A stretch of 64,000 nt of DNA from Parcubacteria group bacterium (GCA_041657845.1 JBBABD010000001.1:14255-78254); one strand, 5' to 3'. Counted from the first letter of the stretch, positions 9,565 through 19,978 are shown. Notes: a model not told the origin generated them from the sequence alone. Numbers and translations: made by a program.

Positions 9565-9810
9565 TTAAACAAAGACGGATCCTTTCCCGTTTCCGTTTCT
9601 TCTTGTTGATAGTTTCCCGTCAACAAAAAATGTAATTTCCCCTCTCGCAGTGAGAACAGGATCTCCCGTATGATACGAATAGATTCTTCTGCATACCGGA
9701 CAAACACAGGCATGAATCCAGCTCTGACTATTTAACTTTCCAACCTGAATTCTCACTTTATCAGAAATGCCGACACAGACCTCGGATCTACATTCGCATA
9801 CAATTTCCAT
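9565..9810 (-). CDS. Small Cys-rich (possible Zn-binding) protein
   Basis: CEC-x4-C and CVCPVC; AAGGAGG Shine-Dalgarno upstream on the minus strand. Confidence 0.65.
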   Translation of the reverse strand: MEIVCECRSEVCVGISDKVRIQVGKLNSQSWIHACVCPVCRRIYSYHTGDPVLTARGEITFFVDGKLSTRRNGNGKGSVFV

Positions 9811-9890
9811 GTTGTTCCCTCCTTATTTTTTTGAAAACCATATTGAATCCATTATTATAAATCTATGGCGCAAAGTCAAATGCAAAACTT

Positions 9891-11459
9891 ATGAAAAGCA
9901 ACCTCGCCAAATCAGCTTTGTGGGTTACGTTTTCGGAGATATTGTTCAATCTCTCCGGTTTTGTGATTCACTCTGTTTTGGGAAGATTTTTGGGGCCGGC
10001 AGATTATGGAAGATACGGAATCATCATCACGCTTACAACGATGGTTATCATTCTGATTGGAAACGGAATTCCGACCGCCATGGCCAAATATATCAGCGAA
10101 TATTTTGAAATCAATCCCAGAATGGTAAAAACGATCAAGAAACAGGCGATTGTTTTGCAAACTATTATCATCGGAGGAATAACAATTTTATTTTTCTTTT
10201 CCATTCCCCTCATCTGCAAAGCGCTTGGCGATCCGACTCTTATTCCGCTATTTAGAATATCCACGCTAATAATCCCCGCTTTCGCCGGTGCTTCTTTCTA
10301 TTTTTCATACTATACCGGCCTTCACAGGTTCAATCTGCAAGCCACTCTCAAAACACTCAGATCGATTTTCCGAATAGTATTTGTCATCGGACTGGCTTAT
10401 TTTTGGAAAGTTGAGGGTTCGATTGTTGGATATATTATAGCTCCCGGAGGCGTTTTTTTGGTAGCTTTTTTGATTGATAAATTTTACATTGGGCCAAAAC
10501 TCAAAAAACAAGAAGAATTGCAAAAAAATATAGCTAGCGATAATCGTTCGGGATCCTTCGCCGCGGCGGCTCAGGATGACGTAAATTTTGACTGGCGAAA
10601 ACTTACCAACTACGCTTGGCAAATTGTTGTATTCTTTTTGGCCTATGAACTTTTGATCAGCATTGACCTATATTTAGTAAAAGCAATTCTCCGAGACGAC
10701 AATTTGACCGGAATTTATAACGCTGCGCTCACTGTTGGACGAATTCCCTATTATATTTTCTACGCTATGACAATTTTTCTCCTTCCCATGGTTTCTAAAT
10801 CCACCTCCCAAAATAACCCGGAAGAAACCAAAAAAATCCTCGCTCAATCGCTCAGAATTATGCTGCTCCTCCTCGTTCCAATGATCGTCCTTATGTCAAT
10901 TTATGCCAAACCGATTTTAATTGACTTCTACGGCGCAAAATATGCCCTTGGGGCGTTTCCGATGTCGATCTTGGAATACGGCATCGGATTTTTGACTATT
11001 TTCTATGTAATGAGTTTCGCCCTGAACGGCGCCGGAAAAACAAAAATGGTAATGAAAATATCAATTGTCGGTTTTTTGATAAACGCAATTTTAAATTATA
11101 TTTTAATCAAAAAATATTCCATAACCGGATCGGCTATCGCCACTTCCATTGCCTCTTTTATTGTCGCTATTTGGATACTATATTATTTGTGGCGTGATTT
11201 CGGAGCTTTGATAAAAATAAAAACATTTTTGAAAACAATTTTCGCCGCAGCGCTAATGTATTTAGTCTCGCTGTTATTTTCAAAAGGAGAAATAGCCTTT
11301 ATTGCTTGGTCGATTATTCTTTTCGTTTTCTATCTTTTTGTCCTATATATCTTAAAAGAAATCAAGAAAGAAGATCTGGAAATTGTCAAAACATTGATAT
11401 TCAGAAAGAAAAAAGAAGAAGTAGAACAAGAATTATCCGGGAATGAGCCTAGCGCTTGA
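9891..11459 (+). CDS. Wzx/MOP-family oligosaccharide flippase
   Basis: LGRFLGPADYGRYG, GIYNAA, LNYILI..YSITGSAIAT; about 14 TM helices. Confidence 0.92.
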   Translation: MKSNLAKSALWVTFSEILFNLSGFVIHSVLGRFLGPADYGRYGIIITLTTMVIILIGNGIPTAMAKYISEYFEINPRMVKTIKKQAIVLQTIIIGGITILFFFSIPLICKALGDPTLIPLFRISTLIIPAFAGASFYFSYYTGLHRFNLQATLKTLRSIFRIVFVIGLAYFWKVEGSIVGYIIAPGGVFLVAFLIDKFYIGPKLKKQEELQKNIASDNRSGSFAAAAQDDVNFDWRKLTNYAWQIVVFFLAYELLISIDLYLVKAILRDDNLTGIYNAALTVGRIPYYIFYAMTIFLLPMVSKSTSQNNPEETKKILAQSLRIMLLLLVPMIVLMSIYAKPILIDFYGAKYALGAFPMSILEYGIGFLTIFYVMSFALNGAGKTKMVMKISIVGFLINAILNYILIKKYSITGSAIATSIASFIVAIWILYYLWRDFGALIKIKTFLKTIFAAALMYLVSLLFSKGEIAFIAWSIILFVFYLFVLYILKEIKKEDLEIVKTLIFRKKKEEVEQELSGNEPSA

Positions 11460-11465
11460 GCTCAA

Positions 11466-11493
11466 TTGACTTAACAATTTGGTCTGGTACAAT
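11466..11493 (+). promoter_or_regulatory. Sigma70-type promoter
   Basis: TTGACT-16 bp-TACAAT with a TG extended -10, upstream of 11532. Confidence 0.5.
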
Positions 11494-11531
11494 AGAATTA
11501 AATTGAATTAAAATCAGGGGAAAAAAGAGAA

Positions 11532-12269
11532 ATGAATAGTGAAAAAATATCTGTCGTCATCCCGTGTTTCAACGAGGAAAAAAACATCCAAAGCAATATC
11601 AAAAAAATATTCAAATACCTCGAGGGAAATTTCGAAAATTTCGAAATAATAGCGGTAAATGACGGAAGCACCGATAAAACCATAGAGGAACTGAAAAATT
11701 TGCAAAACGAAATTCCGCTTGCCATAATGGACAATTACGAAAACGAAGGCAAGGGAAAAGTAGTATGCGACGGGATACTCAAAAGCAACAATAATATTGT
11801 GATGTTTTTAGATGCCGATTTGGCCATTCCCATTGAAGAGCTGGAAAAATTTATTGTCGAAATTAACAAGGGATATGACATAGCGATTGCTTCACGCTTT
11901 GTTCCTGGAGGAAAAGTGATCCAAAAAGTTCTCTGGTACCGCATAATAATGGAAAAAGCTTTCAGAATCATTCGAACGATAATAATCAATAATTATAAGG
12001 TCCGAGATACTCAGTGCGGCTTTAAAGTATTCAGAAGAGATGCGGCTATGAAAATTTTTCCGCTTATGACTATCAAGCGCTTTGCTTTTGATTCGGAAAT
12101 CATATTTCTAGCCGGAAAATATAAATTTAAAATAAAGGAGCTTCCAATAACCCTTCAGAATCCGATCAGAAGCCATGTCAGAATATTTCGCGATCCTTTT
12201 AATATGCTTTGCGATCTTTTCAAGATAAGGATTAATGATGCAAAAAGAAAATATAAATTAAAAAAATAA
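11532..12269 (+). CDS. GT2, dolichyl-phosphate glucosyltransferase-like
   Basis: IPCFNEE, NDGSTD, GKG, DADL, DTQCGFK, FAFDSE motifs. Confidence 0.93.
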   Translation: MNSEKISVVIPCFNEEKNIQSNIKKIFKYLEGNFENFEIIAVNDGSTDKTIEELKNLQNEIPLAIMDNYENEGKGKVVCDGILKSNNNIVMFLDADLAIPIEELEKFIVEINKGYDIAIASRFVPGGKVIQKVLWYRIIMEKAFRIIRTIIINNYKVRDTQCGFKVFRRDAAMKIFPLMTIKRFAFDSEIIFLAGKYKFKIKELPITLQNPIRSHVRIFRDPFNMLCDLFKIRINDAKRKYKLKK

Positions 12270-14036
12270 ATGTTTTCTTTAGAAAAAATTAAAGAAAAAA
12301 AATGGGAATTAATCTTCGTTTTGTCCCTGATATTTTTGGGGATTTTTTTGCGTACTTTCCATTTTTCCAAATGGCTCCACTTCGAAATCGACCAGTCTTA
12401 TGATTATTTGATGGTTTCTCCCGCAGTAGAAAAAGGGATTGGAAATCTTCCGCTTCTAGGACCGACTGCCGGCGGCGGAAGAGCGCTCCGGCTCGGTCCG
12501 GCTTTCTATTATATGGAATATTTGAGCGCCAAAGTTTTCGGAAATAACCCGACCGGGCATGCCATGCTCGTTCTGATCCTTTCTATTTTTTCTCTTCCAA
12601 TATTTTATTTATTTTCCAGAAGATACTTTTCCAAAAACATTTCTATCGGACTTCTGGCAATTTTTTCCACTTCGGTTTATATGGTTCTCTATTCCCGCTT
12701 TTCTTGGAGTCCGAACGTGCTTCCGTTTTTAACGCTTCTGACTTTTTACGCCTTGCTTCAAAGCGTCAGCGAGAAAGAAAAAAACAAAGACCGATGGTTT
12801 CTATTTTTCGCTTTTTTAATCGGAGTTTCGACTCAGATTCATTTCAATTCATTTTTCATTATCCCGGCAGTAGCAATTATATTTTTACTGATTAAACGCC
12901 CTAAATTCAAATTGAAAACTTGGGGCTTGGCTATCGCAATATTTCTGTTCTTGTATTCTCCAGTGATTGTTAACGAAATAAAAACTGGCGGACAAGATAT
13001 CGCTTTTTTTCAAGAAAAAATATCTGGGGAATCAAGCGATGAAACAACCCAAGATCCAGGAAAGGATGACAAAAAATCCGGAGAAAAACTTTTTCAAAAT
13101 TTCCGATATCACGCTTATGAATATTTTTTGATTATTAGCGGAAATGACACAATTAACGGCAACCGGCCCAAGGGATATGATTTGGGACTCACTTGCAAAA
13201 CTTGCAGCGACAAACTGCCCTGGAGAACATCCGGATTGATATTGTTCCTCTTTGGAACAATATTGCTTGCTTGCAAACTAACAAAAGAAAAAGATAGTGA
13301 AAGAAAAAATTTCTTGCTGATATCAGCTCTTTGGCTTGCGGCTTCATTTCTTTATTTTTTCGCCATAACTTACGACGGACTTTATATTTATCCACGATTT
13401 TTCCTGGTCGTTGCGCCTCTGCCTTTTATTCTTCTCGGACTCATATTTGAAAGCCTTGGCGCTGATAAAAACAGAATAAGCCTTCTGGCTTTTGCGGCTG
13501 CGATATTATTTTTGTCCTTTGCAAACACGCAAAAATTAAAAGATGATTTCAGCCAGCTAAAAAATGCTCCCATCCAAGACAAGAAAGTGGAAAAAGAAGA
13601 TGTTTTCCCTAATAATTATCGCGTCACGCAGGAGCAGCAGATTCTTATCACGGATTATATCGCATCCGAATTCAAACAAAATAGTTATCCTGTTTACATA
13701 AAAACCATTCATGAATATGAACCGGCATTTTGGTATTATTTGGGACAGAAGGGAATTTATTATTACGGAAAAATGAAACCCGAGACAGTTTATAAACAGG
13801 GAAATTATTTCTTGGTTCTCTATTCCTCCGACAGCAACAAGGAAATAAAAGAATATGGGGACACTTTCAATATTGCCGAAGAAAAAGAATTCGGCGTCCT
13901 TACTGTTTTTCAGTTAAATCCGAAACCGGCATCTATCACCGGCGAAAGACAAAGCGATTCGAAAAGAGAAACACCCGTTCAAGCGCAACAAATTTCCAAG
14001 CTTCTAACCTGGAAAAAATTATTTTCAAAGCAATAA
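12270..14036 (+). CDS. GT-C (ArnT/PMT-like) membrane glycosyltransferase
   Basis: DQSYD loop, LPLLGP, LGPAFYY, SRFSWSPN; many TM helices. Confidence 0.85.
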   Translation: MFSLEKIKEKKWELIFVLSLIFLGIFLRTFHFSKWLHFEIDQSYDYLMVSPAVEKGIGNLPLLGPTAGGGRALRLGPAFYYMEYLSAKVFGNNPTGHAMLVLILSIFSLPIFYLFSRRYFSKNISIGLLAIFSTSVYMVLYSRFSWSPNVLPFLTLLTFYALLQSVSEKEKNKDRWFLFFAFLIGVSTQIHFNSFFIIPAVAIIFLLIKRPKFKLKTWGLAIAIFLFLYSPVIVNEIKTGGQDIAFFQEKISGESSDETTQDPGKDDKKSGEKLFQNFRYHAYEYFLIISGNDTINGNRPKGYDLGLTCKTCSDKLPWRTSGLILFLFGTILLACKLTKEKDSERKNFLLISALWLAASFLYFFAITYDGLYIYPRFFLVVAPLPFILLGLIFESLGADKNRISLLAFAAAILFLSFANTQKLKDDFSQLKNAPIQDKKVEKEDVFPNNYRVTQEQQILITDYIASEFKQNSYPVYIKTIHEYEPAFWYYLGQKGIYYYGKMKPETVYKQGNYFLVLYSSDSNKEIKEYGDTFNIAEEKEFGVLTVFQLNPKPASITGERQSDSKRETPVQAQQISKLLTWKKLFSKQ

Positions 14037-14050
14037 ACTGTCTTGAATCG

Positions 14051-15589
14051 CTATTTCTGATTTCCCCACCGATAAACCAGTACATCTCCCCTCACCTGAG
14101 GATTGCTGACTTTTGAAAAGTTTTTTTCGACATAATCGACAGCTTCACTGGAAATATAAGTTTCGTCATTGGTGGAAATAATAAACCATCCGCTTGGATT
14201 TTGACTGGCAATGTCCTGGATCTCGGCAACTGATAATTTTTCCTTGGAAAGTTCTCCTCCAAAATCAAAAACTTTTACTTTCGCTCCGCTCCAATAATAG
14301 TTTCGAAAATTTCTGGTTATCAGCGCATCTCCATCTTTTTTGTATTTTTTGAAATAAGTGAAAATTTTTCGATAATTGGGGTTGCTGGACTGGGATGTTT
14401 GGTTATAAGTATTGTCGCTGGTTTCAAAAAAGTAAGCATAATTAGGAAGAATCAAAAGTGAAATAATAATGGTCGTGAGATAGGCTTTCTTTCCGTAATT
14501 TTTCAAGTTTTCTTTGAAAAATTCAGCGGCAAAATATATTCCCGAGGCAATAAGGATTATTCCGAAAGATTTTATGAAAAAGATATATTGATTTCCGACA
14601 TTTCTTCCCCACAAAAAAATCGCGGAAAAAAGAACAACAAAGAAAGACATTGCCAGAAAACTTCCTTCTTTTGACATTTTTTGCTTTTTGGAAATAAAAT
14701 ATATTCCCAAAATAATAAATATGAAAGCTAGGATTCCGTTGGTGTAATCAGAAAGTGAAATTCTTGCGTATTCGAAGTGGCTGGTAAAGAAAGTCAATCC
14801 GGCTGTAAACGAAACTACTGTTTTGGGAATTGCAATAATAGCTCCAATAATCCCTAAAATGCTTAGCCCGAAAATTACCGAATATTTGTTCAGGTGCGAC
14901 TTGTTTTTGTTCCAATTCAAAACAGTCCAAAAAAGCAGGTAAAATCCGACTGCAAAAACGATATTGGCCGTGAGCTGGTGGGTCGCTAGGCTCAAAATTC
15001 CCACAGCAAGAGCGGGAATTAGGTATAGTGGGTTAATATCCCATTTTTCACTAATCTTCTTCAGAAAACCGATTTTGCCCTTATAATTGCTCTCCAGGAA
15101 ACGAAATAAAAGCCAAGAGAGAGCGAGATAAACCGGCAAAAACATTGCGTACATCCGAAGTTTCCTATCAAACTCAATTCCGGAAGTACTGATAGCGAAA
15201 AGAAAAGCGCCAATTAGGCCTATCATCTTCTTTTTGGTAAAATCGGTTGCCACAAAATAAATTAGAGCTATTGTTAAGATTCCCCATAAAACGCTTATTG
15301 TTCGCGCCGTACTTTCCGTTGGAGGGAGAAAATTAAAAAGCTCGGCCACCTGCCATTTATATACTCCAGCGCGCTCATCTCTAGCTTGAAAAACGTTATC
15401 GGCATTCACTTTTTCAAAATTAAAATCCCAATTTTGCCAAATACCGGTTTTGAAATAAGCATAGGAAGAATTTATGTCCAAAAATTCATCTGCCACGAAA
15501 GAATTATTTCCCAACTTATAGAATCGGAGAAACGCTCCGAGCAGAATTATAATTATCAGCGCTGTGTAAATATTTTTTCTAGAAAACAT
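14051..15589 (-). CDS. GT-C (ArnT/PMT-like) membrane glycosyltransferase
   Basis: LRFYKLG...ADE loop, ARTISVLWG, RMYA motifs; many TM helices. Confidence 0.85.
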   Translation of the reverse strand: MFSRKNIYTALIIIILLGAFLRFYKLGNNSFVADEFLDINSSYAYFKTGIWQNWDFNFEKVNADNVFQARDERAGVYKWQVAELFNFLPPTESTARTISVLWGILTIALIYFVATDFTKKKMIGLIGAFLFAISTSGIEFDRKLRMYAMFLPVYLALSWLLFRFLESNYKGKIGFLKKISEKWDINPLYLIPALAVGILSLATHQLTANIVFAVGFYLLFWTVLNWNKNKSHLNKYSVIFGLSILGIIGAIIAIPKTVVSFTAGLTFFTSHFEYARISLSDYTNGILAFIFIILGIYFISKKQKMSKEGSFLAMSFFVVLFSAIFLWGRNVGNQYIFFIKSFGIILIASGIYFAAEFFKENLKNYGKKAYLTTIIISLLILPNYAYFFETSDNTYNQTSQSSNPNYRKIFTYFKKYKKDGDALITRNFRNYYWSGAKVKVFDFGGELSKEKLSVAEIQDIASQNPSGWFIISTNDETYISSEAVDYVEKNFSKVSNPQVRGDVLVYRWGNQK

Positions 15590-15596
15590 ATGAGCA

Positions 15597-15733
15597 AATT
15601 TACAATTTTCAATTTACAATTTTCAAACAATTTTCAATTTCCCAATTAATTAATTTTCAAACATTTGGAAATTTAGTCATTGTTTCGCCAGCCGGCGAAT
15701 TCATTGTAAATTGATCATTGTTCATTGAAAATT
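15597..15733. repeat. Inverted degenerate heptamer array (AATTTTC / GAAAATT)
   Basis: Left units aatttac and aattttc; right units gtaaatt, gatcatt, gttcatt, gaaaatt; internal TTCGCC-agcc-GGCGAA hairpin. Confidence 0.75.
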
Positions 15734-15740
15734 ATAAAGA

Positions 15741-17519
15741 TTATTCTTCTTCCTCATCTTCACTTCCTGTGCTGTCGAATATTTCCTGCCAAGTATAGCG
15801 TTTTGGAACGCCTGCAGCGCTTTTGGATCCGCCAGAGTCTTCGAATATTTCTTCTTCCGCATTTATCGCTTCCGGCTTGGGAGCAAGCTGAATTACCATC
15901 AAAGTTCCGAACTGTTTTTTGTTTACATAATCGTAGGAGATAGAATAATCTTCCAAATGGCCTTCCAAATTGGAATCGGTTGGATAAACCAGAAAATAAT
16001 TTCCATTTCTATAGACAGTATGGCCGTTAACCGCGTCCCTGAAATCGCTTTCCGGAATATCTCTCTGGCTCAGATCAAAAAGCAAAGACCTTCGATAAAA
16101 AGAACTGCTGTTGAGATATACTGGATATTTATTTTTTTGATAAAAACTTTCAATATAATTCGTTATCATATACTGCTGTTCCATTGTCACTCGCTGTCTT
16201 TCCTTCAAAATTCTGTCAGCGGAAACTTTTACCGTTTTATAGGGAGCATTTTTGAGTTCAGTAAATCTTAAATATGTCCTGTATAAGCTTGACGCAGAAA
16301 ATCCCAATATAACAATTAATGCAACTGCGACAGCGATTCTTTGGGGAAAAATTTTCCCGATAAAATCTAATGTGAATCCCAAAAATATGAAAGGCAAAGC
16401 AGAAACCAGAAGCCAGAAGCGGGGAGAAATATCAAATGCTAAAGGCGTGAAAAGTCCAAATACGGCAATAAACCAGAGAGAAATCAGAACAATAAAGTCT
16501 TTTTTTCTTAAGTCCTTTTCAAAAACTAAGTTCTTAAGCATCAGCAAAAGACCCGAGGAAAATAATATAGCTGCCACTATTCCATATGGAAGTTCTTTTT
16601 TACATCCTTGGTCGCATAGAATATTCAGATTGGGATTCCGAAGAACGCGAGGGAGTTCGGAATTCTGAGAGCTGAGAATGAGAAAATGTCCGACAGAATT
16701 TTCGCTGTAATTCTTGACTATTTTCGCAAGAAGGCTTTTTTCGCTTTTTCCCTCCGTTTTTCCTGAAACAACTTCCTTAAATTCTTTGAAATTATCTCCT
16801 CCGGTTTTTATTTCATTCAAAATCACCGGGAAATTCATAAGCAGTATAATACCAATCGCTCCGGTCCAATAAGCCCACTTTATTTTCGGCCTTTTGATGA
16901 TCAGAAACGCCGCCGTGATGACCGGAAAAGAAACATAAGCCAAAAAATGAAGCTGGGTGGCGACTGATATGAAAAAAGCCGCCGCCAAAAGCCACTTTCC
17001 TTTGTTCTTTTCTTCCCTATCGACTGCTCTAAGCAATGAATAGATTGCAAGAATAGTGAATAATGGAAGCGGATTTGGATTCCAGCTGAAACGGGAATAC
17101 ATTACTAGAAATAGCGAGGTTGAAAACAAAAGAAGCAGGCCGATGGAAGTCCATTTATTAAAATACCTTCTGACTAAAATATAGAAAGCGGGAATAGCCA
17201 AAATTCCGAATATCATTATTATGGTTGCTATCCCAGAAGGAGTATTTCCAAAAACTAGTGAGCTTAAATATTTGAAGTAATAAAAAACCGGTCCAAGCCT
17301 TAAAAACGATCCAGCCGCTTTCGGTCCCAAAAGAGGCAACGCTCCCGGCCCTTCTTTGATTGCCAAGTCGATTACTTTGGCATCGCGCGACTGATCCAAC
17401 TCAAAATGAAGCCAATCGGAAAAATGATAGAAACGCAGAAACGCGCCTAGCAAAAGTACGACCAAAAAAACGATATAAAAGTACCTTTTCTTGAAAGAAT
17501 TGAAAGCTTTATTTTTCAT
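15741..17519 (-). CDS. GT-C (ArnT/PMT-like) membrane glycosyltransferase
   Basis: DQSRDA, LPLLGP, LGPVFYY, SRFSWNPN; paralog of 12270. Confidence 0.85.
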   Translation of the reverse strand: MKNKAFNSFKKRYFYIVFLVVLLLGAFLRFYHFSDWLHFELDQSRDAKVIDLAIKEGPGALPLLGPKAAGSFLRLGPVFYYFKYLSSLVFGNTPSGIATIIMIFGILAIPAFYILVRRYFNKWTSIGLLLLFSTSLFLVMYSRFSWNPNPLPLFTILAIYSLLRAVDREEKNKGKWLLAAAFFISVATQLHFLAYVSFPVITAAFLIIKRPKIKWAYWTGAIGIILLMNFPVILNEIKTGGDNFKEFKEVVSGKTEGKSEKSLLAKIVKNYSENSVGHFLILSSQNSELPRVLRNPNLNILCDQGCKKELPYGIVAAILFSSGLLLMLKNLVFEKDLRKKDFIVLISLWFIAVFGLFTPLAFDISPRFWLLVSALPFIFLGFTLDFIGKIFPQRIAVAVALIVILGFSASSLYRTYLRFTELKNAPYKTVKVSADRILKERQRVTMEQQYMITNYIESFYQKNKYPVYLNSSSFYRRSLLFDLSQRDIPESDFRDAVNGHTVYRNGNYFLVYPTDSNLEGHLEDYSISYDYVNKKQFGTLMVIQLAPKPEAINAEEEIFEDSGGSKSAAGVPKRYTWQEIFDSTGSEDEEEE

Positions 17520-17605
17520 AAATTTGCCTGTATAATTGTTTTGTAGGCTATTTTAAATATTAGGCTATTTTTAACATTTTAGCAATAACCAAATATATCA
17601 AAAAA

Positions 17606-19957
17606 ATGAACTATTCAAAAATTAAAAAAATTCTCAATCTGGAAAATTCCTTGCTTCTTTTCATTTCGATTGTTTCAGCCATAAATACTTTCTTATATGT
17701 TTATTTTAAGCTTCATAAAGCCAACCTTTTCGACTCAATCGGCGATGGAAAAATTGGTTTCATTTATTTTTTCATTATTATTTCTTCTCTGGCCGTTTTG
17801 GCTTATGTCTTTAGGAATCCGGCTGGAACTGCCTATACAGTCAAAAAGTTTCTTCTGACTTTCCTGCCTATGGAATCGATTTTGATTTATGGATATCTGT
17901 TTAATAAAATCGGCTATGACAAAACGATTTTCAATTATACATTGAGACCCTTCATAGGAATTTATCTTGCATTTGCCGGTTTTTATTTTCTTTTTAAATA
18001 TAAAAAATACAAAAAAATAAAGGATTTTTTCAAAGATTTCAGGGAAGAAAAAAATGAAGAAATTGCCGTTTCGCCAAAAGACATTTCTTTCCGGGGAAAA
18101 ATTATTTTCTGGTTTAAAAAAAGAGGGATTCTGGCGACATTAATAATCCTTTCTGTAATAGCCTTGAATTTGGGATTTGGAAGCTATCACCTAGCCAAAT
18201 TTGCCGCTGTTGATGAACCGCTTTGGACGCATGATCGGATTCCCAAATTTTGGACCAATGTGCTGGATGGAGAATTCAATAAAACAATGGTCAGTGACAA
18301 GCCGGGAATAACCGTGGCCATAATTTCAGGCGCTGCTATGAATTGGACAAACCCGACTTATTACAAAAGTTCGAGCTGGGACGGAAATGCTCTGGAGGAA
18401 TATTTAGGGCTAGAGAATCTTAATTTTAATCTCAGGTTTCCCATCCTTTTCTTCAATTGCCTGATGCTTTTGGTCTTTTATTTTTTCATCAAAAAATTAT
18501 TAGGAAAAACTGTTGCGCTTATTTCTTTTATTTTGATCGGGCTTTCTCCTTTGCTTCTGGGAATTTCCACCATCGTCAATCCGGACAGTCTTCTTTGGAT
18601 TTTCGCTCCCCTTTCTTTAATCGCTTATCTTGATTATCTCAAAGAGCACAGGAATAAATATTTGTACTGGACAGGAATATTTTTGGGTCTGGCCGTTCTG
18701 ACAAAATATGTGGCTAACATTCTCTATGTTTTTTTCTTTGGAATGATTTTTCTGGAATATATCGTAAATAAAGTAAAATATGAGAAAACGAGCATTGCCG
18801 AATATTTTAAAAAAACTTTTGCCGATTATTTTGCGATAGTTTTTTTCTCTCTTCTGACTTTTTCCCTACTTCTTCCAGCTGCTTGGGTTGATGTTAACAG
18901 GGTTTTGGAAGGAACTATTCTTTCCAAAGCTTTCACTTCAATCTGGCCATTATTTCTTTGCATTATCGGGCTTGTTCTGGCTGACATATTTATATTCAAA
19001 AATAAAATAATCGCTCCCGTTCTTGATTTTCTTTCTAAATATAAATCATTTTTTGTTATCGCCATCAATTTGATATTTGCCATCCTGACAATAGCAACCA
19101 TTGCTAACACTTATTCTGGAATGAGGTTATACGATTTGGAATCCATTTTGGCCTCACCCAAATCTTCCAAAAGTTTCGGAGGATTTTTGGGACTTATGCT
19201 GGCTAATTTTTATTCGCTGATTTTCGGCCTCACTCCTCTAGCTTTTCTGGCTCTGCTTTTTTCTACTATAACCAACATCTTTCCCAAGAAAAAAAATGCT
19301 AAGGAAACTGCAACTTGGTTCACGTACATCATTCTTTTCATTATTTTTTATTATTTAGCTTCTACCGCCGAAGGAGTAAGCGCTACTGTCAGATATCAAA
19401 TACTCCTCTATCCCCTAGCGATGATTCTTTCCGCTATCGGAATTTATCAATTTGTAAATATCGAAAAGATTAAAAAACATCTAGTTCTCGGTTTTGTTTA
19501 TCTGGGAATTTCAATCATTAGCCTGTACAACCTTAATTCAATTCGACCTTTTTATTTCAGCTATGCGTCCGACCTCTTGCCCAATCAATATGTTTTAAAT
19601 CTCAAAGATATGGGGGATGGAAGCTATGAAGCAGCTGATTATCTCAATAAATTGCCTAATGCCCAAGAATTAACCGTTTGGACTGACAAAAGAGGCGTCT
19701 GTTCTTTTTTTACGGGAACTTGCAAAAGCGGATTTGATTCGAAAACTTTGAATGAAAATATCGACTATTTCGTGGTTTCATCTGGACGAGAATCAAGAAC
19801 TGGGAAAATGACAGCCGGAAGAGCGCAAAACGGAGAAAAGGCAATCATACAATTAGGACAGTTATATAATCAAAAAAACTACGACTACAAATTGGAAATC
19901 GGAGGAAGGCCCGACAATTTTGTTAAAATTGTATCAACAAAGAATATAAAGGAATAA
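17606..19957 (+). CDS. Large GT-C (PMT_2-like) membrane glycosyltransferase
   Basis: AVDEPLW, DKPG, NPD, GLAVLTK, VRY motifs; many TM helices. Confidence 0.8.
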   Translation: MNYSKIKKILNLENSLLLFISIVSAINTFLYVYFKLHKANLFDSIGDGKIGFIYFFIIISSLAVLAYVFRNPAGTAYTVKKFLLTFLPMESILIYGYLFNKIGYDKTIFNYTLRPFIGIYLAFAGFYFLFKYKKYKKIKDFFKDFREEKNEEIAVSPKDISFRGKIIFWFKKRGILATLIILSVIALNLGFGSYHLAKFAAVDEPLWTHDRIPKFWTNVLDGEFNKTMVSDKPGITVAIISGAAMNWTNPTYYKSSSWDGNALEEYLGLENLNFNLRFPILFFNCLMLLVFYFFIKKLLGKTVALISFILIGLSPLLLGISTIVNPDSLLWIFAPLSLIAYLDYLKEHRNKYLYWTGIFLGLAVLTKYVANILYVFFFGMIFLEYIVNKVKYEKTSIAEYFKKTFADYFAIVFFSLLTFSLLLPAAWVDVNRVLEGTILSKAFTSIWPLFLCIIGLVLADIFIFKNKIIAPVLDFLSKYKSFFVIAINLIFAILTIATIANTYSGMRLYDLESILASPKSSKSFGGFLGLMLANFYSLIFGLTPLAFLALLFSTITNIFPKKKNAKETATWFTYIILFIIFYYLASTAEGVSATVRYQILLYPLAMILSAIGIYQFVNIEKIKKHLVLGFVYLGISIISLYNLNSIRPFYFSYASDLLPNQYVLNLKDMGDGSYEAADYLNKLPNAQELTVWTDKRGVCSFFTGTCKSGFDSKTLNENIDYFVVSSGRESRTGKMTAGRAQNGEKAIIQLGQLYNQKNYDYKLEIGGRPDNFVKIVSTKNIKE

Positions 19958-19978
19958 ATAATAATTCATAACATTTTT

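Noticed and set aside
17544-17571. TAGGCTATTTT direct repeat in a divergent intergenic region
   Set aside because: Only 11 bp, AT-rich, two copies; it could be regulatory but the evidence is too weak.
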